A DNA stretch of 63,938 nt, counting the filler, from Bipalium vagum (taxonomy: Eukaryota), in the NCBI GenBank assembly GCA_037834085.1. It is 4 parts of 4 records of this genome, joined end to end, with 100 filler letters (N's around TTAATTAATTAA, not from the genome) between each part and the next. Parts side by side here need not be neighbours in the genome. Positions count along the whole stretch, not along the records: positions 1 to 16,749 come from JBBMKC010095888.1; positions 16,850 to 32,667 come from JBBMKC010144379.1; 2 more parts are not named here. The stretch is one strand, 5' to 3'. This document shows positions 12,158-25,077 of this stretch, one piece after another; positions within the stretch are counted from its first letter, which is position 1; each line of letters opens with the position of its first letter. The notes under the pieces were generated by a model. The model did not search any database, was not told where the DNA came from, and was given only the letters and a program-made list of their open reading frames with translations. Position numbers and translations under genes: made by a program.

Positions 12158-15100
12158 ATGACAAATAATAATGAAGTTTTTCATGCTTTGGATGAAACAG
12201 TGGATAATATATTTAATCCTATAGCTACATCAACAGGAATTAAAGATAAAACGAAGTAAGTTTAAGTTCGATGTGTTACTAGATAGTAAAATAATTTTAA
12301 ATGTTTTAGAAAAAATATAGATGTAGATCTTCAAAGTATTATTTAAAATTAGTTTTTAATTTTAATAAAAGTAATGCTATTAGATTCCGTTCAGTTTTAT
12401 GAAGAAAGAATTAATAAATGTTATCTCACTAAGAAAAATAATAATTCTAAGTCAAGTAATGTTGAGATGTCGACTACAGTGAGACATTAAATTTCAATAT
12501 TAATGCTTTTTTAAAAGTTGTTTAGAGCAGTACTGGTACAGGTGTGCAGTACCTATACTATCGTGAAAAACCGGTAGTTCGCAAAGAAATGCTGTTCACT
12601 GATGTAACTACATTGTCATGTTTAAGATATTTTTTGTAACTACTATGCAGAACGAAGAGTCGATAGTGGAAAAATTTGAAAATCGAAAGAAAACATATCA
12701 AAATCTTGAGCCCAGAGCTCATTCTACACTTTTGGAAGCCGAGGCATCAGACAAGGAATATTTTAACAAACATACAGGCTCTATACAGGATTTGACGATA
12801 CTGAGTGCGCAGTCCGCACAAATAGCGAAAAACGATAGAAATATTGATTTATTGAACAAAGAAAACAATGCGCACAGTACTTCAATGTTGGATCAATTGG
12901 ACATGAGTCAAATCAATCAATTCTTGGACGAAACGAATTTGTGCAACATTACAAAGCTGGCATATGGTCTTGTGGGAACTGATAATGCAAAGATTACCAG
13001 TAAAATCTTCAAAGAATCTGATATTCATAATGAAAAAGTACGCACCCCCAACTCGAGGGACTCGTTTCGATTGCTGTCCAATAAAGATTCTCTTTTGTGG
13101 ATCGGAGTCGCTGTGAAAAACAATGAGTTAGGAAATATATTTATTTAACCATTTTCACCAAAATAATTTGATTTTAAACCGTTTATTATTTTATCTGTCT
13201 AATCTTTCACCAGATCAAAAGGTAAACATGAACATATCATGGATTGGTTGCATTGCAACCGATGGTGAGTTTTCAGATCGTGTTTATACTTAATGTTTTC
13301 TTATTGTTCATTTATATTTTTCTTTGTGATAAATTTTTCCAAATTTGAATCGCTTTTCCTTTTAAGCATAAAATCGTTCACGTTAAATCTTCAATCACCG
13401 TGCCCGCTGCAAGCTAAAATCACCATCGTCCAATCCTTCAATGTTTTCCATGTAGGATGTTATTTTCCTTATATTGAATGTCTGATCATTTTGAATTTTA
13501 GTTAACTAACCAATCCGGTAGTGAGTTCCATCAGACCAAAGAAGTTACGTTGACACCACTACACGATCGGAAGTTTTTCGTTGTTTTTAACCCAACCGAT
13601 TCAGCTTATCATAACGAATCAATTGTGGTTCAGGTCGACAGTCACAAGTTCAAAGTAAAAAAAACCTTGATTCTGTTAATTGAAATCGATTTCATTGGAA
13701 TATATTAACAGATACGATTATTCGGGTATGCTGAACCAGCAAAGGTAGAACTTTTAAATTTCCGTGTTCTAAATGACCAAGGTGGTCCGGAAAAGCAAAT
13801 ATACGTTCGCGGTTGTCATGGAAAAGATTTTCACAATCAAATAATTCGCGTTTTCAATTCCGGAGCTCGTACAGCTTTTGTGAGCTTTTATTCGTACCAG
13901 CAAGACGTTCGGTTCCAGCCTCACTGGTTTCTCTTGATTCCAAAGACAACAATGGTGATTTCTTTTGGTGAATCCGATATTTTTATGACAAGTCCGCTTC
14001 CTTGACACAGGACATCAAGGTCAGTTCCACAAGTGATGATGACATCACGTTTTTTGTGATCCACACCGACGAAGAGTTACGCAGAGCATGTCGAACGAGG
14101 TGAAAATATTTTCTTTTTTCTCATTGGTATAAAAACTACAATTACCTGACATTTTTAGCAGTTACGCAGAAAATCTTGCACGACATGATTATTTCAGTGT
14201 TCTCGAAACCCTCCAGATTTTCACGAAATTGCCCGATGAGAAAAACTCCAAAACCCGTAAGACCAACGAAAATAATCGATTTCTTCACGAGCTCTCATTG
14301 ATTTCAATATATTTGGTATTTTTTCATTTATTTTCTTTTTCCAGACAAACTGCCGAAGCACGATTGGCGACCTTACTTGCTCAATCAGATCAGCAGTTCT
14401 TATCGTGACGGTTCCATTGTAATGATTTCCAAAGCTTCCTCACAAAGCAAGGTGCCAATGACAGACGGTAACAGATCGTCACAGATCAGTTGCACGAGCT
14501 TTGGTGAGGACAATGAATCAGTGTGCACTATCGATAAACGATCGAAATCCTCGGCCACTGCTTTGAGTTCGGTGAGTATAATTGATAAACTGAACTCGAG
14601 AACGGTTTACATGAATAGCACGGCCAACATTTTCCATTCAGTCAATCAAACGTTACCAGGTGTTGTCGTGCTACGAGACGTTGTCACTTTTCCAGCGACA
14701 GTTGTCAATAAAGTGTCTTGTAAGAAAGTTTATTTATTTTCCACTTGAATTTGTGTGTGTGTTCGTCATCACACTTGTTTTCAACACGAGCTTAGTTTTG
14801 CTAATTTTATCACGTCACTTGTCCAGACAGCGCCGTTCTCATTCGAAACAATAATTGGTTCCCCGTCAGCTGGTTTGTGTCAAACATGGTACTGATCTCG
14901 TCTAATACCTTGAATGTCGAAAGCTGTCGCAACTCTCCCGTCGACACGAACAGTATTTATTCACTGACCAGCACACCAATGTACAACCCTGCGTCCAGCA
15001 TCACTGTCACCATTGCCAAAGGCACTCTACAGCCTTATACTGCCGTTGTCGTTCCTGTTCAATTTAGACCGCTTAATACCGGTCAAGTCGAATGCAAATG

Positions 15101-15940
15101 TACCGTTACGGCATTCAAAGATTCTCAAGACTGTTTTTTCGAGAAAGATATCGATTTTATCGGAGAAGCCATCAGGCGAAAAGTATGTAAAATATCGTTT
15201 TTATTTTTTGTGATGTTAGGAGAAACAATTTATATCTTTTGTAACTATCGGGAAATCTTTTTTATTCTCATTTAAAATTTGATCTAAATCATCGGATATA
15301 AATTTATACATTAATTATTTTGTATATTATGAAATATAAGTAAATTATCAAATTTTAATGATGATATGATCTTTTGTATTTTCACAGAAAATACCTTTGG
15401 TGCATAAATTTTAAAGAAAATATTTGAAAAATATTATTTTTATCGTAGCTCTTTTCTGTTTTCTCATAAAACGAATTACTGTAAAAAATTCCTCCGATTA
15501 TATTAGTGATTTTATGGGAAGGTTCCTAGAACGATGTTATTTTCAAAGAGCACACTGGAACGTGATTTTAGCTATCGTTTATCATCCTTCAGGATTCCAC
15601 TAGTGGCACCACAAGTTCCAGTTCTGGTGGTGACACTGTCAAAATTCCCGGGTTTTCCGTGTCTCCAAATGTTATCAATTTCAGAAACGTTCCCATTGGT
15701 CGTTATGTGGAAATGAGGATCCAGTTAAAAAATTCTACCAATCACGTCAAAGATATATTCATGAATGATGTTTCACGACCGTTTGAAATTCGGTCAAGTC
15801 AGATGTCATTGGAACGTGGAAAAAGCTTAATTTCTGTATTCTTTGATTCCAAACACAAGGGTCTGTTTGAAGAGACGTTACTTTTCAGTGACGATGAAGG
15901 GTTCTGCACTTCGGTGTTGCTGAAGGCCCAATCTGTGTGA
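12158..15940 (+). CDS. CEP192: CEP192/SPD-2-like centrosomal scaffold protein (multi-exon, tandem ASH/PapD-like Ig domains)
   Basis: The first five exons join in frame from the ATG at 12158 (MTNNNEVF...NPIATSTG). SPD-2-domain-like motifs LLSNKDSLLWIGV, IRLFGYAEPAKV and IRVFNSGARTAFV. Later Ig-like repeats VVTFPATVVNK and GTLQPYTAVVVPVQFRPLNTG. The terminal domain INFRNVPIGRYVEMRIQLKN...PFEIRSSQMSL...SVFFDSKHKGLFEETLLFSDDEG...LLKAQSV* resembles the last CEP192 domain. Internal exon boundaries are only partly resolved. Confidence 0.8.
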
Positions 15941-16579
15941 TCTATGTGTTTTCGTACTATGATTCCTATTTTGTTCATAATAAATTACGCTGTTTTCTCT
16001 TGCTGCTGTCCTTTATTATTCTGATATATAACCAAAATTGTTATTGTTCCTTTGATGTATATTTTTTCAATATAAAGTGTCTAATCTATTAATTTTTGTT
16101 AATTGGGAATTATTAATTTATTTATGAAATAAATATAATAAGTAATGAACTTTTTTTATAAATGTGATATGGGAGTTTGGTAATTTTTAAAATATTCTTT
16201 AACAAAGAAAATCTTATGAAATCTTGAATAATATATACATTAAAATCAAAGTCTTCATGAAATCCAGCCCGATTTATGGAAAGAATTTGGGAAAAATTAT
16301 TTTTGTATGGTATAATTTAAATTCCGGGTAATTCGGATTGTTTGTGGCTAAAGAATTTTTTAAATTTGTACTGTATTTTCCAGCCTTTGCAGGATTGATA
16401 TTATGTATATATTAACGATTGACCGGTCAAAAAAGAGACTTGAAACGAATCACAAAAAATAACAAAAGTAATAATTTTCTTTTTACAAATTTATTAAATA
16501 AAATATTGATTCGCAGTTTCTCGATTGAATATTTTAGCTCCACATTCATTCATTTAGATATAATTTCAAGAGATCACCA

Positions 16580-16749
16580 TAGTTTTTCTCCAAATCGATT
16601 CGTTTTGGGTGTGAGCACCAAGTTCTCTGCCAACAAAATTCATCTTGTAGTTGACAGTTCGATGAACATAAATTTCATCTTTAGACAGTTGAGAACGAAA
16701 TAATTAACGACAGATTTTGAAACGCCCGTGTCTTCAGGAATTGACTTTT
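16580..16749 (-). mobile_element. Merlin (IS1016/IS1595-ISXO2-like) transposase fragment, cut by the assembly spacer
   Basis: Minus strand reads NCLKDEIYVHRTVNYKMNFVGRELGAHTQNESIWRK, matching the Merlin pattern YxCLxxEGYxHxTVNHxxxFVDxxTGAHTQxIESxW. Confidence 0.75.
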
Positions 16750-16849
16750 NNNNNNNNNNNNNNNNNNNNNNNNNNNNNNNNNNNNNNNNNNNNTTAATTA
16801 ATTAANNNNNNNNNNNNNNNNNNNNNNNNNNNNNNNNNNNNNNNNNNNN
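16750..16849. other. artificial contig spacer (44 N + TTAATTAATTAA + 44 N)
   Basis: The identical 100-bp construct with stops in all six frames recurs at 32668-32767 and 48307-48406. Confidence 0.97.
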
Positions 16850-18013
16850 CAATTTAGCTTATTTAAACACATTTTATTTAAATAATTGTTAAATTATTTA
16901 ACTTTTATTACCAAAATTACAAATTTTTGGATTTTTTAAAGGGGTGGACAATTCGTTGGACCAAACTGTATATTAGAATATAATTTTACACCATTTATAA
17001 CTAATCGATAAAATATATTAATTTTTGATGCTATCTTCACTTGATCCGTAAACTTGTTCTGTCTCAATTGACGGTTGAACTTTCTTGGAATTGGAAACAT
17101 CAAACACTTCTCCAAAAACATCTGAAATATCTTTAGTGGCAACATTGACGAAATACAATGACGAATACAGTGTTAAGGGGCTTTGATTTCAAATTTTGCT
17201 CATTATTCATTGGAACGAGTGATACGAGCAATATCAAAACTTTTTATTAAATATTATTTGTATAAAGAAGACTTTCTATTTGGAACCAATACTTATTGTT
17301 CGCATAGGAAAGAAAACCAATGTTAATTTTGAGCATTTGACATTAAACTCAAAATAATCAAGTGCAAATAATATTGACAGATGTATGCTTGATGATCTGA
17401 CTGAAAAACCCTCATTCATTTGATGTACAGAACAATTATAATGAGTTTTTCAATTACATTTTTTAGGAATACCAAACTGCACGAAAGTAAACTGAGTCAG
17501 ATAACATAATTAATAAAGTATTTATTCAAATTTAATTAATATTTTAATGACAAATACTAATTCACATTTAAATATCAAAGATAATACTTCGTGTAAATAA
17601 ATAAGTTATTTATTTTAAAGAACTCTTCAAGACATCTCAACTTTACAATGGGATAATACATTCAATTCTGTTTTTATGCGGTAGATACGGACCAGAAAAA
17701 GTCGCACATAAAAAATGACAATAAAAAACATATTTATATACAAAATGATAGATATGGACCCCCGTCTTGGAAATTTTTGTCTAATGGTCCCCATTGGAAT
17801 TTGGAAAAATTATTTTTTATAAAATGTTATTTTTAGGGTCTCAACTGCTTATAAATACGAAAAATAGCCATTAAACAAAAACACATGAAAACAAGCCACA
17901 TTTATATATTTATATTATATATTTAAAACAATTAGTTACATTAAAAGTTTTATTTTAAAATTCATTCGAATATTCAATTAAAAATATTATAATGTCATAA
18001 TAATAATCCTTAG

Positions 18014-21000
18014 AACAAAGTGGCACATCAAGCTTCTGGATTGTATGAGAATCAAGGCGTTGAAACAATGTCAGTCCAATCCACAAGATCAATTTTACAG
18101 TTCAATTTGGCAGTTCACGTTTGATAGTACCAAATTTAACAGCGGAGCTAATTATCTATGCAAAGAGCATAATTTAAGGGGTAAAGTAATAATATAAAAA
18201 TCCATATTTAAAGTACATATACATTCAGTATTCGAGCAACATAAAGATCGTTGCTTAATGCAGCAAGAGACGCCAGCAAATCATTGCTCAAAACTGAAAT
18301 CTTTGACAATCAAAGAAGCTCTGAAAGCTTTGGAGAATAAGTCACAATCCATACATTCCAACCCCGATCAATACTATAACTACGTAAAGAAAACTTTGAA
18401 TATGTATGAATGCAAGTAAGTTTCCGTTGTCATTTAGCAAGTTGTTTTCGGCTGACTGTTACTTATACATTAAATATCAAAAAGTGTTTTATGAAAGAAT
18501 CACGACCTCTTAGATACGAAATATCAGGGTTGTCGGAAAGTCTTTAAACTATTTATTGGTAAATTTTTTTGCTAATTTTTATTCTTCCATTAACAAATTA
18601 TTATTATTAAGTGTTATATCAAATTAAAGGATTTGTTTTACAGAATCAAATGATATATTGATTCTTCAATTTTTATTTAAATCCTAGGAAATGAAATCCA
18701 ACAATTATGTAATTCGTAAACTTTGCTGTACGATTTCCAGTTAGGTCATAATGTCACAGAAACGAAATATAAAATGAAACCGAATTTCATTATTACAAAA
18801 ATGAATTATATTGAAAATTATTTTAAACAAATTTCTGTTTTATATATCTAAGGTTTATCAGTATGTCCCGATCAGATATTATTTTATTATTAATACATCG
18901 ATAGTTAATTTATCTTACACTGTCTATAATAAATCAAATTATATATTCAAAGAATTTTGGCTGGTTTATTCGGTCCAAATGAATATTTAAAATTATTTAC
19001 ATAAAATAAAATTTTTATTTGACATTAAATAATTTTTCAATTAATTTTCAATTTCTTTTGTTGGAAATAATGATTATTTGGAATTTTTTTTATTATTATT
19101 ATGGTTATTTGTATCGATTGTCTTTATTAGATAAGATTAATATCGTTTTTTACATTTTGTTCCATAATGGCTCATTGAAATGGCTCTCAGAAGGCAAATT
19201 TACATTGAGGAGGATTCAATAATTTCATTTAAAAATTGTCTTCTCAACAAATGGGTATAATTAACTTTACCAACTTATCCAAAACGGCTCTGTCGAAAGT
19301 AGGCTTAAATATTTCAAATTGTTAATTAAGCAATATGAATAAATCAGAGATTGTTAGGACGTTTTCTCTCAGTTTTCTTTGAAATCAAAAATCGTTTTAC
19401 TGAATACTTGTTTTACGAAGAATGACGATGGGGGTTGCTGGATGTTGCATAATATATAAACTCAAAATTGAGCTAGAAGCAAGAGAAAACAACAACGATA
19501 AGGAGAAAATATTTTTAAAAAAAATCTCTAATTTAAACAAAATAAAATTTATATTTTTTATTCTGAAATTTTAAGTTCTGAAAAAAATATAACATAGTAT
19601 TTTTTTTTAATAATTATCATATTTATTAGATAATATTTTAAATTATTTATTTATTCTACATGCTATTAACGATAAGAAAATAATCGTTTAAATTTTCTTC
19701 ATGGATAATTTATATACAATATATATGCCTGGACATCTAATCAAATTGTCTTGTACTGGAAACTGNNNNNNNNNNNNNNNNNNNNNNNNNNNNNNNNNNN
19801 NNNNNNNNNNNNNNNNNNNNNNNNNNNNNNNNNNNNNNNNNNNNNNNNNNNNNNNNNNNNNNNNNNNNNNNNNNNNNNNNNNNNNNNNNNNNNNNNNNNN
19901 NNNNNNNNNNNNNNTGATCATTGCAAAGATAAGATAATTATCTATTTTTTTTATAATTTTCTTTATAGTAATTATTATTTTTACTAACATTTAATAATTT
20001 TAAAGTTATATGATAATAACATTTTTTAACTTTGTAATTTTTCACTGAGAATTACTGGAATTAGTTGTTGGTCACTGGCAAGAAATAATTATAAAGAAAT
20101 GTTTAATTAACAATTGTTTAATTAAAATAATTAAAATAAAGGTTCAACCTTCATTATTCATAATTAACATAAAACCAATCACTACACAAAAATAATATTT
20201 TGGAAAAAAAGCTACAGTTAACCTTCAGAAAAGGACCTATGAAGTATCCTAAATAATCCTTGTATGTATAATGGGTTACAAATATAGATAAAGAGAACAT
20301 GTAGACTTTCAAGGGAAGTAAGCAAAAACTGAAATTACATTATAACAACAATAATTCGTTATTAAATTTTTTTAAAAAACCTAATAAAAAACCACTCTTC
20401 CTCGGAATATGAAGCTATTTTAAGTTAATTAAGTAACTTTTAATGAATTTCTTAACAGAATTATCTTTTCCCTCCATTCTAATTATATTTACATTAATTT
20501 TTGAAAAAAGATCTACAACTCCTTTAATATAAGACACATTTTGAATATCACATTATGAAACGATATTCACCTCTACATTATAATAAATCCCCCAGGTTAC
20601 AATGAGAATACATTATGATATATCCATGGAAATCTTTAATAATAATGTACACCTTAATCATATCTCAAATGGTACGTCGTAGACATACACAGCTCAATTT
20701 AGTTAGACAAATTCTTTGATATTTTAGATGAACCAAAAAAAATTAGTTAAACTTTAATTAAGAGAATTTTTGTCAGTTTATTAATTATAATTATTAATTA
20801 TGATAACTTATGATATATCGAATAATAACAATTTTGTGATATTTTTAACCAATAGAAATGTCAATAAACACATAAAAATTTAATTTTCATTTTCGGGAAT
20901 AATTTTATTAATTTTATGAATTTAAACAAGCCAATAAATAATTAATTTAGTAATTGGAATTTATTAATTATTTACAGAAGATAACTCCTGTTAGACTCAA

Positions 21001-24000
21001 AATACTTGAAAATGTCAAAATAAACACTTTTTTGGATTAATATTGACAAGAAAAAATATTTTTATTTCATACATTTTCCAGATTTTTGCAATATTGACAG
21101 AAATACAAATTTATTATTAAATAATAGAGAAATAATAAATAGTAATAAGAAGAAGTGATGATAGCAACATTCAGGTTTGTCTATTTCAATGATATGGGAT
21201 TTTAATTTCAGTTGAGACAATTCAACAGACATAAATGAAAATTTTTCGAACTTTTTTACAACATTTGCGCTTGGCAATTGGGAATCCAGCGGAATTGCAG
21301 AGACAAATGCTAAACATATTTAACCAAATTATGCTAAATATGACGATCCGGTAACGAGAACCATGATATATTACGGTTCCAACTGTAAAATGTCGTTGGG
21401 AAAAGCACATCCACTTCGTCGTTATTAATAATCTTATACACCTATTAATTAGTGACGTTTGTCTCGGCTGAATGTGAATTGTAAGCCTAATTCGTTTTAG
21501 ATTTGATATAAGATTATTCTGTTACTCTCTGTTTACAAAATGAAAGTTGACGAGTCGTGATTTATAACTAATTAAAAGGCAATTAATTTTAGGATGTGCA
21601 ATCTCCCATTGAATGTTTTCAATAGATATCAAGTCTGATATCGTTTAACATGAAGAAGTACTAGAAAAATAACACCAATACCAACAAATGACAATAATAT
21701 TAATAAATCAAAAAAGAGATCCTCCAAGCAATTTTAAAGTCTTTTTTATAAATCTTCTTTGTAATTCAAAAATAAAAAAATAATACTATAACCTTAAGCA
21801 GTGGTAAAAATTTGTTTTTTAAAAAGATAAAAATGTGGTTCAAACTTTTTTCCTTGAATCAATAAAAAGACAATTTCTATCCTTCTGAATTTTTGAAATT
21901 AAACTTGTGGAGTACTTATTTGTCCATTTTGTTGCTTTACCAATTATTCTCAGTTTACATGAAACAGGTAGTATACAGTAGGCTGCAAAATTATTTTGGA
22001 CATCTCAATTTTTCGTTAGTTTAACTTATAAAACCACATCGAACGTCTTAGTCTTAAACCAATCCTCTATAATGCGAAATACATTAATATTAAAAAGCAA
22101 TTGTATAAAACTTTAAAATAAATATGAAATCATAAAAAAGTCCAAAATAGAAATGAATTATTTATTTTTAACATTTTGCAACATCACCCTTTGCAGCTAT
22201 CAGAGCATTAATGTGATCTGGCATGTTATTAAGGGTGATGATTCTAAACTTGATTCAACTGTTATATAAGGTCTTCCTTATTTGTTATCTTATAATTTGC
22301 TAATTCCCGTTTAGTCATCTCCCATAAGTTTTCATTTTGGTTCATATCCGGCAATTTTAAAATTTGTACATTTTTGTCGTAGGAACACTGTAGCTGATCG
22401 GACTTTATGGCATGGAGCTAAATCATGTATGAAAAAGTATTCTTGTCCATTTTGGTAACATGATTCCAGTTGAGCTAACAGATGAAAATTCAGAGTTTCC
22501 TGGTATTGGTCATGTTTAAGTGTCCCCTGGATTGTACTAAGGAAACCCATGTCTTTACTGGAAATACATGACCAGACCATAACAGAAGAAGGTTTTTAAC
22601 CGTATGTATTACACAATCAGAAACATATTTTTTCTATTTGCGGCGCTCTACAAAATTCCTTTTAGCATTCATTAATATCTGTAGAAGTTTTTCACCACCT
22701 ATTCACAAAATCGGTGGAGACTTTTTAGACAACGCAATACTATAAAGAAAGTTAAAATCTTAAAATTACACAATTCAAACATTTTTTAAAAAACAAATAA
22801 TTTAAAACTAGATAACAAAAAAATCAGTAATTTCTTATGTAAAAACCTGAAATTAGGTTGGCGCAAAATAAATTTTCGTTTTAATAATGGTCCACCATTG
22901 TTGTAATTTTGTTTAAATATATTAATTTATAAATATTAATCATTATATCAATTTGAAGCTTATATTTTGTTTAATAAGATAATGTTCTTAAATTTGGTTT
23001 AAAGCCTTTTTGAGTACAGAATAACGATCAACTGAAAGCTGTAATCAAAGCTGACCAGCGGAAAAACTACGCGTGAACTTGCAGAAGTACTACATGTTGA
23101 ACATATAATAATAATACATTCAAATAAATAGGTAAGGTGAAAAAATTAGATTCATGGGTACTGTTCAAATTGACAGAAAAAAATATTACCGTTTAGAAGT
23201 CTTGTCGTCAAATCCTTTCTTGAACGTATCGTAACATGCGATTAAAAATGGCGACGTCTAAGAAATATGTCCAAGAAATCAATGAAATGAGCTTCTACGT
23301 TTAAAACTGCGATTGGCCAATAGGAAAAGATCAATCATTTTGAACAACTATGCAAGACCACTTCTCAAAAAAGACGGTGCGCAAGTTGCACGAATACTGA
23401 TATGAAATTCTACCTCACCCTCTTAAACATTGGATCCTGGCCTACTGATTATCATATTTTTAAAACATCTTATCTCTCTCATTCTGGGAAAAATGCTTCA
23501 AGAATCAAAATAATAAAAAACTGTCTTCAAAGATTTCGTCGCCTCCAGAAAACCAAATTTTTATTTGTCTGGAATAAATATACTTGTTTCGCGATGAGAA
23601 AAGTGTGTTCAATCGAAAAGTTGTTATTTTAATTAATAAAATTTTGTTTCGTATATGCCTTATCATTTTAAAGTTATATGTCAAAAACGGTAATTTCTTT
23701 TGTGCCAGCCTAATAATTTAAAAATTTAAAATCATTTTACCTTTTGAAAGAAACCTATAAAATTGCAAGACTGTTCTTTCCTAAACATTACATGGCATGG
23801 ATTGGGAAATGGGAAAGTGTTATATTTTCAAACTTGTATTCATAGTTACTGGTATGACATACAAAAAAATTTTTCAAATTTGTGTAGTAGAAGCTTTGGT
23901 TCTAGCCGTTTTATGATTTTGGATATTTTTCCAAAGTTAATAATTATTAATGGTCATCTTGATTCTTTAGCCTCTTGATTGTTCAACTAAGACTTTAAGC

Positions 24001-25077
24001 AGCCAAATGATTATTTATCAGGAGGATAACGCTACATTTCATGCATCCTCATCTACAAGACAGTGGTAAAAAATCAATTAAATGTCAAATTTCTTGTTTG
24101 GCTATCATTATGTCCAGATATACGTCAAGTGGAAAAATGTTGGGAATGGCAAACAATTCCATTTACTAGTAGAACTTAAAACTAAACTACGGGATCTTGA
24201 CAAAATATTTCCAGAGAAACTGTTGTTACACCTGTGAAATCAATGACAGAAAGAATTTATCAACTTATTTTAGCAAAGGGAATTCATATCAATCTGCTTC
24301 AACTGGTTTGCATTTGAAAACTTTTTTTTGCGGTTTGAACTTTTTAAGCAGATTCTATAAGGAAAATTTGCGCTCATTTCAAATCAGTAATTCGCTTGTC
24401 TCAGTCACGTCTAGTTTTTATGATACAACAATTTAAAATTGATAATTATCAATTGTCTAATTATGTACATTTTTTATGATTATTCGAAATGAATTTCCAG
24501 CTTACTGATTAAGAAATTATAATAAAAATTCAAAAAATTGTATTTCCTATGTTTTTATTAAAAAATATTTGAATATCTTAAAATTACAGATAAGTTCAAA
24601 ACGAGTTGCCACGACTGTATATTATTTGTATTTTTAATTTAATTTATATTTTTATTTATGCATGCTTATTAACCGTAAATAAAATTTTAATATTACTGTT
24701 TTGTTTTTCTTTTCAGGGGTCTAAAACGCCAGTTAAAATGCTTATATAATGTTCTTCATATAAACTGTCCGCCAGATGCTGTTAGATTGGTTTTGAATTA
24801 TTTTAAGGAAATTCTTCCTCCACAATGTGTTTATGATTATGAACCGTTGCTCACCAGTTTTATCAACAGTAATTATCATAAAAATAGACTAAACTTTAAA
24901 AGCGACCTTGGCACATTTCAAAATGTGACCATAAATCGTAGAAAGGTCAATAGTGAAAGAAATGCAGAACCTGACACAAGCTTTCAAAAACAGTTCTGTA
25001 CAGTAAACAGAGCATCGATTATTCTTCAAATTTTTTTTGCAATTTTTCAGAAAATTCTCCTTTTTGAATTACTTTAA
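18014..25077 (+). CDS. uncharacterised Cys-rich protein with a hydrophobic C-terminus (5'-partial; possibly secreted or GPI-anchored)
   Basis: Exons 18014-18180, 18229-18415 and 24717-25077 have canonical AG/GT sites and compatible phases: TKWHIKLLDCMRIKALKQCQ...NYLCKEHNLR|VFEQHKDRCLMQQ...NMYECK|GLKRQLKCLYNVLHINCPPDAVRLVLNYFKEILPPQC...NRASIILQIFFAIFQKILLFELL*. A possible upstream 20-nt exon lies at 17467-17486. The long intron spans an N gap. Confidence 0.75.
18522..18775 (+). mobile_element. 5' remnant of a mariner element
   Basis: TIR-like tatcagggttgtcggaaag, then MKSNNYVIRKL/xYDFQLGHNVTE (mariner N-terminal IRxxLLYxFxLGHNxxE). Confidence 0.6.
21976..22740 (-). mobile_element. decayed Tc1-like transposon
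   Basis: TA|CAGTAGGCTGCAAAATTATTTTGGACA terminus; ORF 22332-22580 MVWSCISSKDMG...FFIHDLAPCHK; C-terminal MPDHINALIAAKG. Confidence 0.8.
22853..23713 (+). mobile_element. internally deleted mariner element with both TIRs
   Basis: Left TTAGGTTGGCGCAAAATAAATTTTCGTTTT; right AAAACGGTAATTTCTTTTGTGCCAGCCTAA|TA. Remnants GKVKKLDSWV, NYARP and EILPHP. Confidence 0.85.
23900..24617 (+). mobile_element. 3' remnant of a Tc1-like transposon
   Basis: IYQEDNATFHAS and WLSLCPDIRQVEKCW (WPxxSPDLNPIExxW-like); right terminus GTTGCCACGACTG|TA. Confidence 0.7.

Noticed and set aside
16794-16805. TTAATTAATTAA palindrome repeated three times in the window
   Set aside because: Always centred in exactly 44+44 Ns, so it is an assembly spacer rather than biology.
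17040-17230. Possible hAT transposase CxxH-region remnant (VATKDISDVFGEV, minus strand)
   Set aside because: It needs several frameshifts, and no TIR pair was found.
19400-19460. RWGLLDVA, resembling the non-LTR retroelement GGRGL motif
   Set aside because: A single short degenerate motif with no supporting RT or endonuclease sequence.
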